From: Octopus vulgaris
Taxonomy: Eukaryota
Length of the DNA stretch: 64,000 nt
Direction: 5' to 3'
NCBI GenBank assembly: GCA_951406725.2
Contig: OX597830.1
Coordinates: 4,340,001-4,404,000, forward strand
The position numbers and the translations under genes are program-made. The notes under the pieces are model-generated. The model ran no database searches. It worked only from the letters and a program-made list of their open reading frames with translations, and was not told the origin of the DNA. Of the stretch, positions 26,780 through 41,102 are shown one piece after another. How positions within the stretch are numbered: the first letter of the stretch is position 1; each line of letters begins with the position of its first letter.

Positions 26780-28450
26780 GAGGGGGAACAGCATTCATTC
26801 AGATGGGGTGGGGTTTGAGGGTGATGCTTCAAAAGGGAATGCAATTTGGTGTTGCTTGTGATTCTTGGTACGTGAAATGTGTTGTGGTGTACAGAAACAC
26901 CAGAGACTAAGACATCATTAATGGAATGATCAGATGTGTTGAAATAGTGGTGAAACAGGATTCTGGGAGTGTTTGGGAGATTAGTGCTAAAGTGCTGATA
27001 GAATTGACCTCCCAGACGACAGCAGCTTGTTTTATCAGTGTAGATATTACTGCAGTCTTTGTATGTGACATACTATGTAGTGCTGGTGGCCGTACAAGGG
27101 AAGTCTGACATTTTGTGGGATTTTGTTACTAGGATTTGGGATCAGGGATTATTGTATTAGGGTGGTTTTTGCCTTTCATTCCTCCAGGGTTAATAAACTA
27201 AAATATTACACAAGGACTGGGATTAATGATACTGAATTACTCACTCCATTCCAAATTGCTGGTTTGGTGCGTGAATCTCTAAATCCTTATTAATGTAGAC
27301 ATATGTATGGTGTTTGTGGCATGTGCACTTCAAAATATTTGGTTGTGTTTGGCTGGGAGCAATGAATTAGAATTAGAAATAGTTGCAGAGACTTTTTGGA
27401 CCATTTTGAAGAAAAAGAAAGAAGGTGTAGAAAGAAAGGTTTGGTTTTATAAAAAGGAAATATTAGAAGAGAGTGGGTTTCAGTGAGAGGATAGACGACT
27501 AAATTGTGAATGAAGGTGGAACTTAACAGGTACATGTACTGGAAGAGGATAGTAGAATGGAATGGTGACTGAGTTGAGAGTTTGGAGCTCAAGGAAGTGT
27601 GAGATCCAAAACTGACTTGAGGGTGCCCTCTGTTGAAGACATGCTGCATTTCTTCAGATTTGGGGTTGTAATTCAAACTGATGCTGCATAACAAGAAGTT
27701 AGAGGAATTAAGAGATTGAGACAATGGATGATAGGAGGAATGGTGGAAATAGCAGCAGGGTTTTTAGCAGAGAAAAGTAAATCAGTGTGGGTATTAATGG
27801 CAGGGACAGAGACAGCTAGAAACAGGATAGAGGTGTCAGAAGTGAATTCTAAAACAGATTGAAACATGTTAGTGTAAGGGATGAGACTGTCAAGTCGTTG
27901 TCTTAAGGATGTGGTGGCATTGATGCTGTCACCATTAACAATGAACATGTAGCTCTGGGATGATTCCAGAGCTGTGTGGTCACTGTATTCAGTGTTGCCT
28001 ACAAATAGGTGTCCATTGTGTCGGTCCCTATGAGTACTCAGAGTAACCCCAGTGACATGTTTGTAAAACTAACCACAATAAGAGAAGCAATTAAGAGTGA
28101 GCATATGTTTGTCTCAGAGGAGTTGGGTGGGAGTGGTGTTGGGTAAGTGTAGGTGATGGCAGCCAGGTAAAAGTTTAAAAGCTGATAGGTTGCTGCTGTG
28201 AGTTAATTAGGTGATCTTGGTGAACAGAGATTTGGAGTATCCTGAAGAACTTAAACCGAAGACTTTAAAGGAATGGTAGGAATGGGGTAACGGTAGAAAA
28301 AATACTAGCAGAGAAGGTTGGTGGATTTGAGGATTTAGATTATTGGATTTGGGGGAAGGATGTAAATGGTTTGATTATAATGAGATTAGAGACAGAATTC
28401 GGAGAAATAATTTAGGACCAGATGTATAGTTGTGGATACTTGCTTCCAGC
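26780..28450 (-). mobile_element. Decayed Penelope-like retroelement (RT plus GIY-YIG endonuclease)
   Basis: Minus-strand remnants with stops and frameshifts: LTLNCFSYCG*FYKHVTGV...LFVG (RT, ~28100-28000), LEFTSDTSILFL, and CTATSTT*YVTYKDCSNIYT...RLGGQFYQH...HHYFNTSDHS (GIY-YIG region, ~27100-26925), in the canonical RT-then-EN order. Confidence 0.75.
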
Positions 28451-28849
28451 TGTGATTGGTAAAGTCCTTTGGGTAGCTTACCAGAAAAGAAAGAACTGTT
28501 GTCTTAACAAGGAGTCTTTTACACTTAAACTTCATATTTCTTACTTAAAAATCTCTATTCTCTCCATCTTTAAGCATACCATTCTTATTTAATTCCACCT
28601 CACCCACTACAAAATGCTCTCCATCTCTCTTGCAGTATTTTTCTCTACTTGTACTCTTCCTTCCCACGCATGCGGAACAGCTAAATCATTGCCACATTCT
28701 GTCGTTCCTTACCCCAGACAAACTCTCATGGATTAAGCACAAAGGAAAACTTTGCTCTGTTTTTTTCAACAAGAACTTTGTCCGAGACGTCCCAAATTCC
28801 TTTTATAAATGCTTGCAAAGTTATCAAATTAAAATTTGACTAACTTATA

Positions 28850-28869
28850 TACATACACATACATATGCA

Positions 28870-28920
<51 letters not shown>

Positions 28921-28992
28921 GAATATAAACATACATATATAAATATATACATACATATATATATACATATATATATATAAATATATACATAC

Positions 28993-29045
<53 letters not shown>

Positions 29046-29056
29046 TATATACAAAC

Positions 29057-29089
<33 letters not shown>

Positions 29090-29390
29090 CAAACATATAT
29101 ATATATATATACAAACATATATATATATATATACACACATATATATATACACATATATATTATACATATATATATATGCATATATATATATACACATATA
29201 TATATACACATATATATATATATATGCATATATATACACATATATATATATATGCATATATATACACATATATATATATATATATATGCATATATATATA
29301 TACACATATATATACACATATATATATATATATATTTATATAGATAGATAGATATACACACACACACACACATACACACATATATAAATG
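28850..29390. repeat. Long compound (TA)/(CA) microsatellite
   Basis: Seen directly. Similar tracts at 3400-3690, 30900-31220, 32010-32250, 35110-35325, 39040-40000, 47760-48112 and 54100-54335 explain most Y/I/C/V/H/T-rich ORFs. Confidence 0.97.
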
Positions 29391-30197
29391 AAGTAATAAG
29401 GTTTGCATAATAATAGTAAAGTAGACTATTTACCTTGACTTATTTAGTTTGGCGCCACTTTACCATTCTGATTTCAAATCTCAGAGGGACCAACTTTGTT
29501 GTTCATCCCTCAGGTCTGCGTATATAAATACAAACACAGACAGACAGACAGACACATATACTGAAAAGGAAAACTTTGTATATATGTGTGTGTGTGTGTG
29601 TTGTTGAAGTTTTGTGAATTTTAGCCGGTATTTACACGCATATGTTCAAATGGGAATAACATAACAAATACCATTTTTTTCCAAAAACTGAATATGTGTG
29701 TGTGTGTGTGTGTGCGTGCATAATGCATATATTTATGTAAGTGTACACAAGTACTGTAGATACACACACACATATACACACACACAGAAAAAAGAAGCAC
29801 ACACACACATACTGAACGATGTGCCGGCCACTATACTACAAAAGCAAAATTGGTATCATAAATACGCAGTGATATGTTTATAAATATGCCCCTCCCTCCT
29901 CTCCTTCCCCCACACATACACTTGCCTCCCCACAGATATCTGTGCAACTCTAGTTGTATACAGACAAAAGTACCCTGAAGGAACCAGAAAAGAAAAACAT
30001 TAAGAAAATGGTACCTCATTCCTCAAACCAGAGTCCCTATTAATATGAGTGTAATAAAATGTATATATATAAATGCGAGTGTGTAGGAGTGTGTGTGAGT
30101 ATGTATGCACGTGTGTATCTATCTACCCACCTATCTACCTATATATCTATCTGTATGTATGTCTATTTATCTATCAATCTATCTATCTATCTATCTA

Positions 30198-30240
<43 letters not shown>

Positions 30241-30429
30241 ATGTGTGTATGTGTGTATATACACACACATTCACACACACCCACACAAACAATTATGTAA
30301 ACAAACTAATAAATGTGAAAGATGAGTTATATAACCACTTTCAGATTTTCATCTTCCTATCAAGTTAGAACTGTGTGTGTGTGTGCGTGTGTGTGTGTGT
30401 GTGCGTGTGTGTGTGTGTGTGTTTCTGCA

Positions 30430-30498
30430 TGAGTACGCTGGTGTGTCCAAGTTGTTTCTGGTTGTGAAGTGTATTACAGGACAGCTTAGAGAGAAGAA

Positions 30499-30534
<36 letters not shown>

Positions 30535-30631
30535 TACAGCAGCTGTAGCATCATCAAAGCATTGGCCAAGGAGGAAGACTGCTAAAGTTTTAAGCAAGAA
30601 CTACTAATATAAGAAGTTAGTGGAGCTCATA
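30430..30631 (+). other. Candidate non-coding first exon / promoter-proximal region
   Basis: Unique sequence with a (GA)n tract ending at a GTAAGT donor (30632). A locally CpG-enriched patch follows at 30675-30775. The 5' boundary is a guess. Confidence 0.25.
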
Positions 30632-31562
30632 GTAAGTAATATACACATGTGGGATTTATAATGGTGGTGGGGAGGCGGGGTTGGTGTGGTGGAATCGCGA
30701 TTTTGTCGGTAGTTTATCGAGTGCTCAGAGGAGGCACACCGCAAAGCAGCCGGTTTCTCAATTCTGCCGCACTTCAACTTTTTTTTTTTTTGTGTGTATC
30801 TTCTTGTTTTGTCTTTTTTTTTTAAACTTAGTTAAACACATGCAAAAAACAAATCCCACAAAAATACTAAATGTTTTCATACGCATACACACAGATATTT
30901 TTGTGTGTATGTATTTATATATATGTGTATGTGTGTGTGAGTACACATTTGTGTATATAAGTACATGCCTATGTATATATGTTATATGTATATATATATA
31001 TATGTGTGTGTATGTGTATATATATATATGTGTGTGTGTGTATGTGTATATATATATATATGTGTGTGTGTGTATATATATATATGTATATATGTATGTA
31101 TGTATATATGTGTATGTATGTATGTGTGTGTATGTATATATATGTGTGTCTATGCATATGTGTGAAGTGTGTACATATGAGTATGTATATGCGTATGTAT
31201 GTATAACTAATATAAATATATAGGATATATTAATGTATATTCACAGAATTATACCACTGTAATATTGCTTCTGTTTTTGTTTTTTACTTTACCCCCTCCC
31301 CTCCCCCACTCCTTTAAAAAAAATTGTGTTTTTGGCATCAATAGTTTTAGTTAGCACTCGACAAGATGTTTCACCTGCTAACGATGTACTATTTCTGTGT
31401 CTACTACTGTAGCTGAGAGAGTAGTCTTATTGTTTGCCGTCAGATACAACACTCAACGATAGTAGGTTGCAGAATATCCGTACAATAGCATCAGAGAGCT
31501 TGGATTTTACTACAGAGGTACTGTGCTGAATATTATTGATTTCTATTGACAGCCATCAATGA

Positions 31563-31604
31563 ATGACGGTCTATGATTCAGTGCTAGACACAGCTAACGT
31601 TACT
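31563..31604 (+). CDS. Candidate alternative first coding exon (MTVYDSVLDTANVT, phase 0)
   Basis: ATG-initiated 14 codons ending at a GTATGT donor inside a unique island (31360-31620). No homology recognised. Confidence 0.2.
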
Positions 31605-31653
31605 GTATGTATGATTTCTTTGAAAGTATGTATGCACATTTTATTGTCACCGG

Positions 31654-31692
<39 letters not shown>

Positions 31693-32806
31693 AGAGAGAG
31701 AGAGAGAGAGGGGGGGGGGTTAATAGGCACGCATGTGTATATGTATATGCATGTGCTTGTTTTAAGACTATTTCGATGACTTAGAAAATTTAATAATTTA
31801 TGAGGAAGTATGTTCATGTGTATATGGATAAGTGTACACACAAACCGAAACTAACAGAGATGCATCCGTATATTCTGATCTGTCTGTCTATCAGTCTGTC
31901 TATTGTTGATGTGTCTGTTTTTGATATTTTTTTTGCTTTCATTCCTACTGGCATTTGTTAAATATTGATATCTATATGTAGAAATACATGAGTATGCATT
32001 TATGAACACACATACATATAAATGCATATATGTGTGCATATGTACTTATACATACATAAATATATATATATATATGTATATATATGTATATATATATATA
32101 TATATATATACATACATGCATACATATATATGTATATATATGTGTGTGTATATTTAAGTGCACGCATATCAATATATAAGTATACATATATATATATATG
32201 TATGTATATATATATATGTATGTATGTATACATGCACATACATACACGAACTCCTGTGCATGTGTGTATGTGTGTTAAGAGATTTCCAAGTACAGACATA
32301 AATACGCTTGCATACGCATGCTTCCATGCTGTTTCCCAATACAGATTTAATTTCCCATGGAAATTTGATTCTTAGCACACATTTGCAACAGGCACGTGTT
32401 TACGTCACTGTAGATGCACATGTGTGCTATCTGCATGGATGTATTGATTCATGTCTGGATGCAAATGAATGTGTACTTATACAAAAACATCTCTTACAAG
32501 ATGTTTACATCATCTTCAATACACACTTATGCTACAACACATGCAACATTTATATGCATGCTTACATATAAATATATATGCACGATCATACATATATGTA
32601 CATACACATAGACACATATACATACATATGCACACATAAACATACATACACTCACAAACACGAATTTATATGTGTATATGTATAGCTTGGTATGTATCTG
32701 TTATCATCTGTATATGAATGTTGAAATTGTTGTATATAGACAAATGTATGTTTTATTAAAGCAAGTAAGTTTATCTTGTCCAGTGGAAATAAGTGCAGGG
32801 TTTATG

Positions 32807-32841
<35 letters not shown>

Positions 32842-32844
32842 ATA

Positions 32845-32880
<36 letters not shown>

Positions 32881-35266
32881 CACACACACACACATACACG
32901 CACACACACACATTATATTTAAAGAAATATTTTATTCCAGACCTTTCTGTGCTTGTAATAAAGAATATCTATTACATTCGTGTTGCATCATATTCAGTTT
33001 GTATCGGCATTTATTTATATTGATAAATGTGTGTGTGTGTGTGTGTTTATATATGTATGTGTATATATATGTATGTATGCTGTCAGTGTGTTTGAATGTT
33101 TCTTAAGCATGCATCACATTCTCTCTCTCTCTTTCTTTCTCTCCCAAAAGACGCGTATGTCTGTATATGTATGTGATTTGTTTGTATGTCTATATCAGTA
33201 AATATGTGCGAATACATTTGCACTTGAAGATCGAGTCTCAGCAAACCTGACTTAGTTGTTCATTCTTGTCATGATCTATAAATATCAATACCAGTCATAT
33301 ACTGGGGTTAAATTAATCATCTACAATAGACCTTAACACAAGTCCTTACACCAAAATTATCAATCATTTTAATAATTTTTAATACTGTTTTTTTTCTATT
33401 AATATATTTGTTTAAATTACTATTCCTGCACACACGTGCACATGTTGTTTTTCAACCCTAGGTTAAACCTGATTGAATTGTCCTGTGGTTAAAGGTAATC
33501 AAGCCATGATCAGCCCAACTTTTTATTATTTTTTCCCAGCAGTAATTTACCTCAATTATTTATATAATTTTCTTTTCCTTGTAGTTTAAGGGACACTGTG
33601 GTGTTATTTTTAGCAAGTCATGAAACCACATATAAATTCCTTCGTCTACGATGTGATTAAACACTTTCTCTTTCTCAAAAACAACCTTCACTTGTGGTCA
33701 ATGTTGAAATATGATTTTTTTCTTCTTTTTATTAAAGTGTTATAAATATGTGAAACAACTTAATGTTGATATGTATATATTCTATATTCAATAATGGAAC
33801 TGGTCTGGTGTGTATTGAAATATATCTCAATTAATTAATATACATTAAAAATATGAATAATTGCTTCAGAAATATTGGATTCTGTTTGAATGGTCAGGGA
33901 TTTCAGGAATTCCATACTTGGCAAAATGTTAGAACTAGAAGAGAGTGAAATTCTTTAAACAACAACTCTTTTACCGTTGAGACTGTTACTATCAAAACTA
34001 TTTGTGATATATGAGGAGCAGTGGGAGAGGATAAAAAAAAAAAGACAACTTATTTTTCTGAAAAAAAGTTTGAAACTATTTCTTATATGTGAGACAATAG
34101 TGAGAATGAAATGCTTATTTTTTTAAAACTATGTATGTATGCGCGTGTGTATATACATAAAAACATATGTTTTGCAGTGCACCTGCGCACTGCATACAAT
34201 AAATTATTATCATATAGATTAATATATTGATAGATATACATATATGTGTGTTTATAAATATATAAATATATATATATATGTATATATATTAATGTATGTA
34301 TGTATGTATGTATGTATGTGTGTCTACATATAGACACAAAATGTATACAATATATATATATATATATATATATATGAAGACATGTATACACTCTCACATA
34401 CATATATATATATTTGCATGTACATACATGCATATATACATATATGCACAGACACATATGCATACAAACACACATCCAAACACACATATTCTGTCTGTCA
34501 TTTCACAGTTGTTTTTTTTTACTCTTGATATATATATAATTTTTTTTTTTGCCAAATGGAATCTGTTATTCTTATCACCTTTCCGACTGTGAAATTTTGA
34601 CTTCGACACAAAAGAATATATTTTATCTTGATTTCGAGAACAAAAGACTTATTTTATTTTTGTTATTGTAACTGTTTATTTTTTTATTTTAATTTTTGTT
34701 ATATTGATTTTTAAAAAAATGCATACAGTGGAGACACAGTGTTTCTGATTATGAAGGGGAGATGGAATGAGACAGTGAACAGCATGTCTAGTAAAATGAT
34801 CAAGATGTTGTTTGAGATAGTCTCTTTTTGTTTTGTTTTTTTTTGTTTGTTTTTTTGAGGTTTTTTTTTCCAACTTGTTACTGAACACTTCTGCTATTTC
34901 AAACTTATACATTGGTATGCTTAGTAATACTTACTCTATTGATTTGACAGCAATGAAAGGTTAGGATGGCCTCTCAGTAGTTTGGGATTCAGGAGGTGGA
35001 ATACTAAATTAGAGAATTATGTAACACAATATTTTAACAGTTATTGTAAGTCTACAAAAAGATAATAACGTAGCAATTAGGATTTCCAATGTCTTTTTAA
35101 ACCAATTCATATATATATATATATATATCAATATATATATGAATATATTATATATATATATATATAATATATTCATATATGCACATATATATTAATATAT
35201 ATATATATATAATATATTCATATATGCACATATATATTAATATATATAATATATTAATATTCATAT

Positions 35267-35328
<62 letters not shown>

Positions 35329-35494
35329 GTAATGATAGTGTCAAGAACTGGCATGTGATTAAAACGTTTGCTTCCTAAGTGTGTGATTTAAGATTGAGTC
35401 ACAGTGACACCTCAGGCATGTCTCTTCTACTGCACCCCTAGACCAACCAAACCCTTGTAGGTGTATTTGGTAGGCATAAACTGAAAGAAGCTTG

Positions 35495-35535
<41 letters not shown>

Positions 35536-35575
35536 AAAGAAGAGTGTTGTAGTTTGTCTGAAGCATTGTAGTACA

Positions 35576-35900
35576 GAAGTAGAAAAATGAAGGAAAAGGG
35601 AAAGGAGGAAGGTTTCTAACGATGTAGAGAAAGTTGAAAAACTTTTTATATATTTTGAGTGCCAAAGCCCATCTTCAGAAGTGTAGAGTTAAGGAAATAT
35701 GTGCTTACATAGATCCTGTCATTTAGATATCCAGATGGGCAGTGACTCCATTTTGGTTTTATACTTGTGCTAGGAACTGCAGCAGTGACTACATTTCTGA
35801 AGATGAGTCTTTCAGCTCAAAATATAGAAAAGTTTTTTAACTTTCATCTCTGCATTGTTAGAAACTTTCCTCATTTCACTTTCCTTTATTATTCTACTTC
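35576..35900. mobile_element. Fold-back element with ~110-bp imperfect inverted arms
   Basis: 35576-35686 is the approximate reverse complement of 35789-35900, with a ~100-bp spacer. Embedded between (TA)n tracts. Confidence 0.8.
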
Positions 35901-35901
35901 A

Positions 35902-35966
<65 letters not shown>

Positions 35967-36176
35967 AACAGGGAAGAGGGATTTGAAACGATTATGATAA
36001 GGATGGTTTAAATACACACACACACGTGTGTGTGTTTACATTTGTGCTTCTTCAAAACTCAATGAGCTACAAACAGTGACCCATGTTATCCATTGACTTT
36101 GTGCCTTTATGTTAACACAAGGTCTTTGTACGGAATACAAGATCTCTTTCTTGAACAGCTAGTAAGGGTTAATGAT

Positions 36177-36408
36177 GGGGAGAGCTGGCAGAAACGTTAG
36201 CACATCGGGCGAAATGCTTAGCGGTATTTCGTCTGCCGTTACGTCGTGAGTTCAAATTCTGCTGCGGTCGACTTTACCTTTCATCCTTTCGGGGTCGATA
36301 AATTAAGTACCAGTTACGTACTGGGGTCGATGTAATCGACTTAATACCTATGTCTGTCCTTGTTTGTCCCCTCTATGTTTAGCCCCTTGTGGGTAATAAA
36401 GAAATAGG
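36177..36408 (+). mobile_element. tRNA-derived SINE family B, well preserved
   Basis: GAGCTGGCAGAAACGTTAGC (A-box-like)...GAGTTCAAATTC (B-box)...CATCCTTTCGGGGTCGATAAATTAAGTACCAG; CpG-rich. Confidence 0.88.
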
Positions 36409-37427
36409 TATGTATGTAGATAGAGATAGAGAATAATACAGAGATATATTAGCTATATTATTGGTTGGTCATGTGATGACCATGTGGTAGCTAAAATATA
36501 CTGAAATATTTTGGCTATGAAGTAGCCACACTATCAATATCATAATTGTCAATATCACTTCATTTATTGCCTGTATATGTAAATGTGTGTGTGTGTGTGT
36601 GTGTGGTATAAGCAACCAATAGATTTTCTTTCAAATAGAGTAAAACATGACTGTGTTCAAATTTGGTTCATTATTTTTGAGGAAATGGTTCAATTTTTCT
36701 TATTTTCTTATATTTAGTTTATTTTCTTATATTTATATTGATATTTTCGTATATATTTAGTTTGGAACAATGACATTAGTAGTTTGGGTTTCAGGAGGGG
36801 AAAATACTAAATTAGAGCATTATGTAACACAATACTTTAACAGTTATTGTAAGTCTACAAAAAGATAATAATATAACGTAACAATTAGGATTTCCAATGT
36901 TTTTTTAAACCAAATTCTTGAGAATGTTAATGTTTCTAGACCTTCCCAGTCTCATCATCAGAATGAAAGGATGGTATTAAATGGTATTAATGGTGTTCAT
37001 ATGCTGTAGTAGGTTGCAAAGGGAAACCATCTCAGATAAAATTCTTTGTGCTGATTAATGTGTGTTTCTACATATATATGTGTGTGCGTACATATATATG
37101 AGTATGTAAGCATAGTATGGCTGAATGATTTTACAATCATGAAGTCCCAAGTTCAATAGCAGTACAAGGCAATTTGGGCAAAAGCATTTTTTTTCAGTAT
37201 CAGCCTAACATGTCTTGTAAGTGAAATTTAATGCACAGAGATTGTGCAGAAGCCTGTCGTACAAACTGTGCCAGTTATTTGAAAGATTTTGCCTTGTTGT
37301 CCATTCTCAAATAACAGAAGTCCACCACCATGAGAGTGTTCATGCTGGTGTCTATATGTTTTAAACATATACATATATAGATACAGATAGAAGGATAGTC
37401 ATATATATATGTGTATATATATATATA

Positions 37428-37677
37428 TCATCATCATCATCATCGTTTAACGTCAGTTCTCCATGCTAGCATGGGTTGGACGGTTCGACCGGGGATCTGG
37501 GAAGCCAGAAGGCTGCACCAGGCTCCAGTCTTATCTGGCAATGTTTCTACAGCTGGATGCCCTTCCTAACGCCAACCACTCCGTGAGTGTAGTGGGTGCT
37601 TTTTATGTGCCACCTGCACAGGTGCCAGGCGAGGCTGGCAACGGCCACGGTCGGATTGGTGTATTTTACGTGCCACC
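37428..37677 (-). mobile_element. Family C SINE/LINE-tail copy
   Basis: High similarity to 7869-8050, with a (CAT)n terminus. Confidence 0.85.
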
Positions 37678-39044
37678 ATATATATATACACACACACACA
37701 CACACATTCAAACATGTACATGTATATATGTGTGTATATATGTATGTGTATATATATATATGTGCATGTGTGTATAAAGTATGTATGTGTATATATATAT
37801 ATGCATGTGTGTATGTAAGTATATATGTGTATATATGTGTGTGTATAGAGAAAGAAAGATAGATATACATATACACATGTATATACATGTGTGTGTATAC
37901 ACACACACACAAATGCATACATATGTACATATACAAGTGCGTATATATATATATACATACACACACACATACATACACATGTAAACAAATGTTGTTTGTT
38001 AAGCAAAGATGTCCATGACTTAGTGTTATCTGTCACCATATTTAATTCTAAAACATTGTTTCGCTGGTCCCAGGAGTGAGAAATGGTAAATAATATTCAG
38101 CATCAACATTCTGTGTGCCACAAACTTCAGTCAAGGGAACAAAAGTGTTCACCTTTGCTGACACCTGTAAAGATACAATGGAAGAACAATAACGAAAGTC
38201 TATAGAAGTTTGTTTATCTGCAGACTCTGGAGATTCACTGTTCTCTTTTGTGACTCATTCCAAAACAAAATTTCAAATCCCAAATTTGTAACAACGGTAG
38301 AATTTTTCACATGGTTCCTTTCTAACCCTCATTCTGATTATTTAATGTGTCAGTTGTTGCTTTCTTGAAGGGAGAACAAAACTAGAAATGGCTTTTGTTA
38401 CACTTACTTTCATTTCCCCCTCTCCCCCTCTCTCTTTCTCTATTTATATATCTGTCTAATTATCTGTGTATTTATTCCCCTCCCTAGTCTCACCCTTTTC
38501 CTCTTTAATGTACATTTAATTGCATGTGGCTATGCAAATACATATGCATGAATACAACAAACTCACACACACACACATAGTGACAGAAAAAGAATGAAAG
38601 TGAAAAGGGGGAGAAAGAAGGAGATACACAGATAAAGGGCGATAGAGAGAGAGAGAGAGCGAGAGAGAGAGAGAGCTAGGATGCACCCATACACCCACAT
38701 ATGCTCTTCCGCTCACACACAGATTCCTTGCCACACATTGCTGCAAATACGCTCACACATACATGAATGATCTTTTCTTCAATGAAAGATGACAGGTTAA
38801 GTAATAATCAATTCATTTTAATGCTGCTGTGTCTACCAATAACAGACAATCGACTGTCCACTTGATTCTTGTTCTTTTTGACAATCACTTTTCCTTCCAA
38901 GGATTTGCTTGCCTTAACAACCACAACAAACACCTTCTGCAGTTTCAGTTGTGCTTAGACTACTTTCAAAGATATTTTTATGAGTGTCATACTCTGTATG
39001 TGTGTGTGTGTGTGTGTGTATCTGCACTCACACATTCCTCTATG

Positions 39045-39084
<40 letters not shown>

Positions 39085-39097
39085 TATATATATATAT

Positions 39098-39128
<31 letters not shown>

Positions 39129-39210
39129 CATGCCCATAAGTATGTATGAGTATATTTATTTTCACATATTGTATCCATAATTGTGCATTTGTATGTTAGT
39201 GCCTGTCATG

Positions 39211-39248
<38 letters not shown>

Positions 39249-39738
39249 AATATATATATGTATGTATGTAAATATATATATGTATGTATGTAAATATATA
39301 TATGTATGTAGGCATATGTATGTATATACATAAAGTAAATATTATTTTATACATATATGCCTACATATATATATATATATACAAATATGTAAATATAATT
39401 GTATATATATTAATTGTTTATTAGTAAATATAAATAAAAAAAATTTTCATGTATATATTTTTACTTATATACACACACACATTCACATACACATGTATGT
39501 GTGTGTATATATATGTCTATATATATGTATATATATATATATGTATGTTTGCATATGTATGTATATATATGAATATGTATATGAATATATATATGTATAA
39601 ATATATATATATATATATGTATGTATATATATATGTATATACATATATATATACATACATACATATAGATACATATATATACATACATATAAATACATAC
39701 ATCTATATACATATATATATATGTATATATATATATAC

Positions 39739-39789
<51 letters not shown>

Positions 39790-39833
39790 TACATATATAT
39801 AGACATGTGTGTGTATGTATATATGTGCATATG

Positions 39834-39864
<31 letters not shown>

Positions 39865-39920
39865 ATATATGTATATATATGTGTATGTATATATCTGTAT
39901 ATCTATCTTCTTTCTCTCTG

Positions 39921-39974
<54 letters not shown>

Positions 39975-40263
39975 TAGAAGATAGAAAGATAGATAGATAG
40001 ATATTACACACACATTCACATCCATACATGCACATTCGTATATACACACATGACAATATATGTAGGTATGTATATATATTGATTACGTATGCTCATCACA
40101 TATGTGCAATATAAATATATTTTCTGTCATTAGTGCTGTATGTTTTATGTGATTCTCGTTCCATATTCAGTTATGTCTGTCTACACAAATACACAACACT
40201 TAACAATCTTCAAGTGTGATATTAATTTTGCTATTTTAACATAGAAACATTCTGAAATTATTG

Positions 40264-40361
<98 letters not shown>

Positions 40362-40478
40362 ATGCATATTTTATTTGCTTGTTGATGTTGTTTTAATAAA
40401 TATTTTGGTAGTATTCCAATATTTATATTGAATTTTTTTTGTCTGCTAAAAACATTTTTATTTTACTCTTATTAACAG

Positions 40479-40496
40479 AATTATCAAAATGCCAAA
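40479..40496 (+). CDS. Candidate 18-nt micro-exon (AATTATCAAAATGCCAAA)
   Basis: Acceptor TTTTACTCTTATTAACAG and donor GTAGGT. Contains CAAAATG (ATG at 40489, giving MP plus 2 nt) and also reads NYQNAK in phase 0. Confidence 0.35.
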
Positions 40497-41102
40497 GTAG
40501 GTTTGAAGGGATTTGTTCCATTCTTTACAAATATTTTTTTATTATTTCTCTATAAACAGTGCCTAGTGTCTAGTCTTCACTATCATATTAAATGGAGATG
40601 TCATTTTTCATTATATTTTTATATACATTTTTCAAGAAGTTCTACTCAATATTGGTAAACCTTCAATTAGTAGAGTCTGTGACAAAAGCTCAATTCTTAG
40701 TTGAATCCTTTTATTGTAAATATCACAGCTGAAATTTCCTATTACTGTAACCAATTATATGATGGAGTCTGATACTTTTTTCTTGATATCAGTAGTGTTG
40801 TACTAGATAAAAGTAAATAAATGAAACTTTTGGTGGGCATTCAACACTTGATGAAGAGTTCGGTATTTTACCATAATGATAATACTGAAATCACTGACAG
40901 ACAAACGAAATAGACAATCATCTAACCCATCTATGAGAATTTGTTTATGTCTTTGTGAATTGTTGCATTTTGTAAAAGACCTTAAAATTAACTGTGGAGA
41001 ATGAAAGAAAGCAAGGAATGTAGAATGACAGGGTAGAATGTGACAGCAATATAGTGGAGAAAAAGATTCACTAGCAATCAGAAGAAAGATGAAATTCTTA
41101 CC

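Larger units (their letters stand above)
34976..36917. repeat. ~135-bp direct duplication (34976-35108 and 36778-36917)
   Basis: AGTAGTTTGGG.TTCAGGAGG...TAAGTCTACAAAAAGATAATAA...AATTAGGATTTCCAATGT present twice with few differences. Confidence 0.9.

Noticed and set aside
28829-29408. Long Y/I/C/V/M-rich ORFs here and at 3292-3724, 30681-31223, 37547-38039, 39449-40056, 47706-48286 and 54087-54482
   Set aside because: Translations of dinucleotide microsatellites; open in several frames on both strands.
36925-36965. Minus-strand CTGATGA-TG-AGAC..GTCT-A-GAAAC hammerhead-like core
   Set aside because: No stem I partner or proper NUH site. Other CTGATGA hits (18234, 48337, ~55035 minus) lack stem II or GAAA.
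38060-38165. Minus-strand acceptor followed by VSAKVNTFVPLTEVCGTQNVDAEYYLPFLTPGTSETMF*
   Set aside because: No partner exons or homology; compatible with chance.
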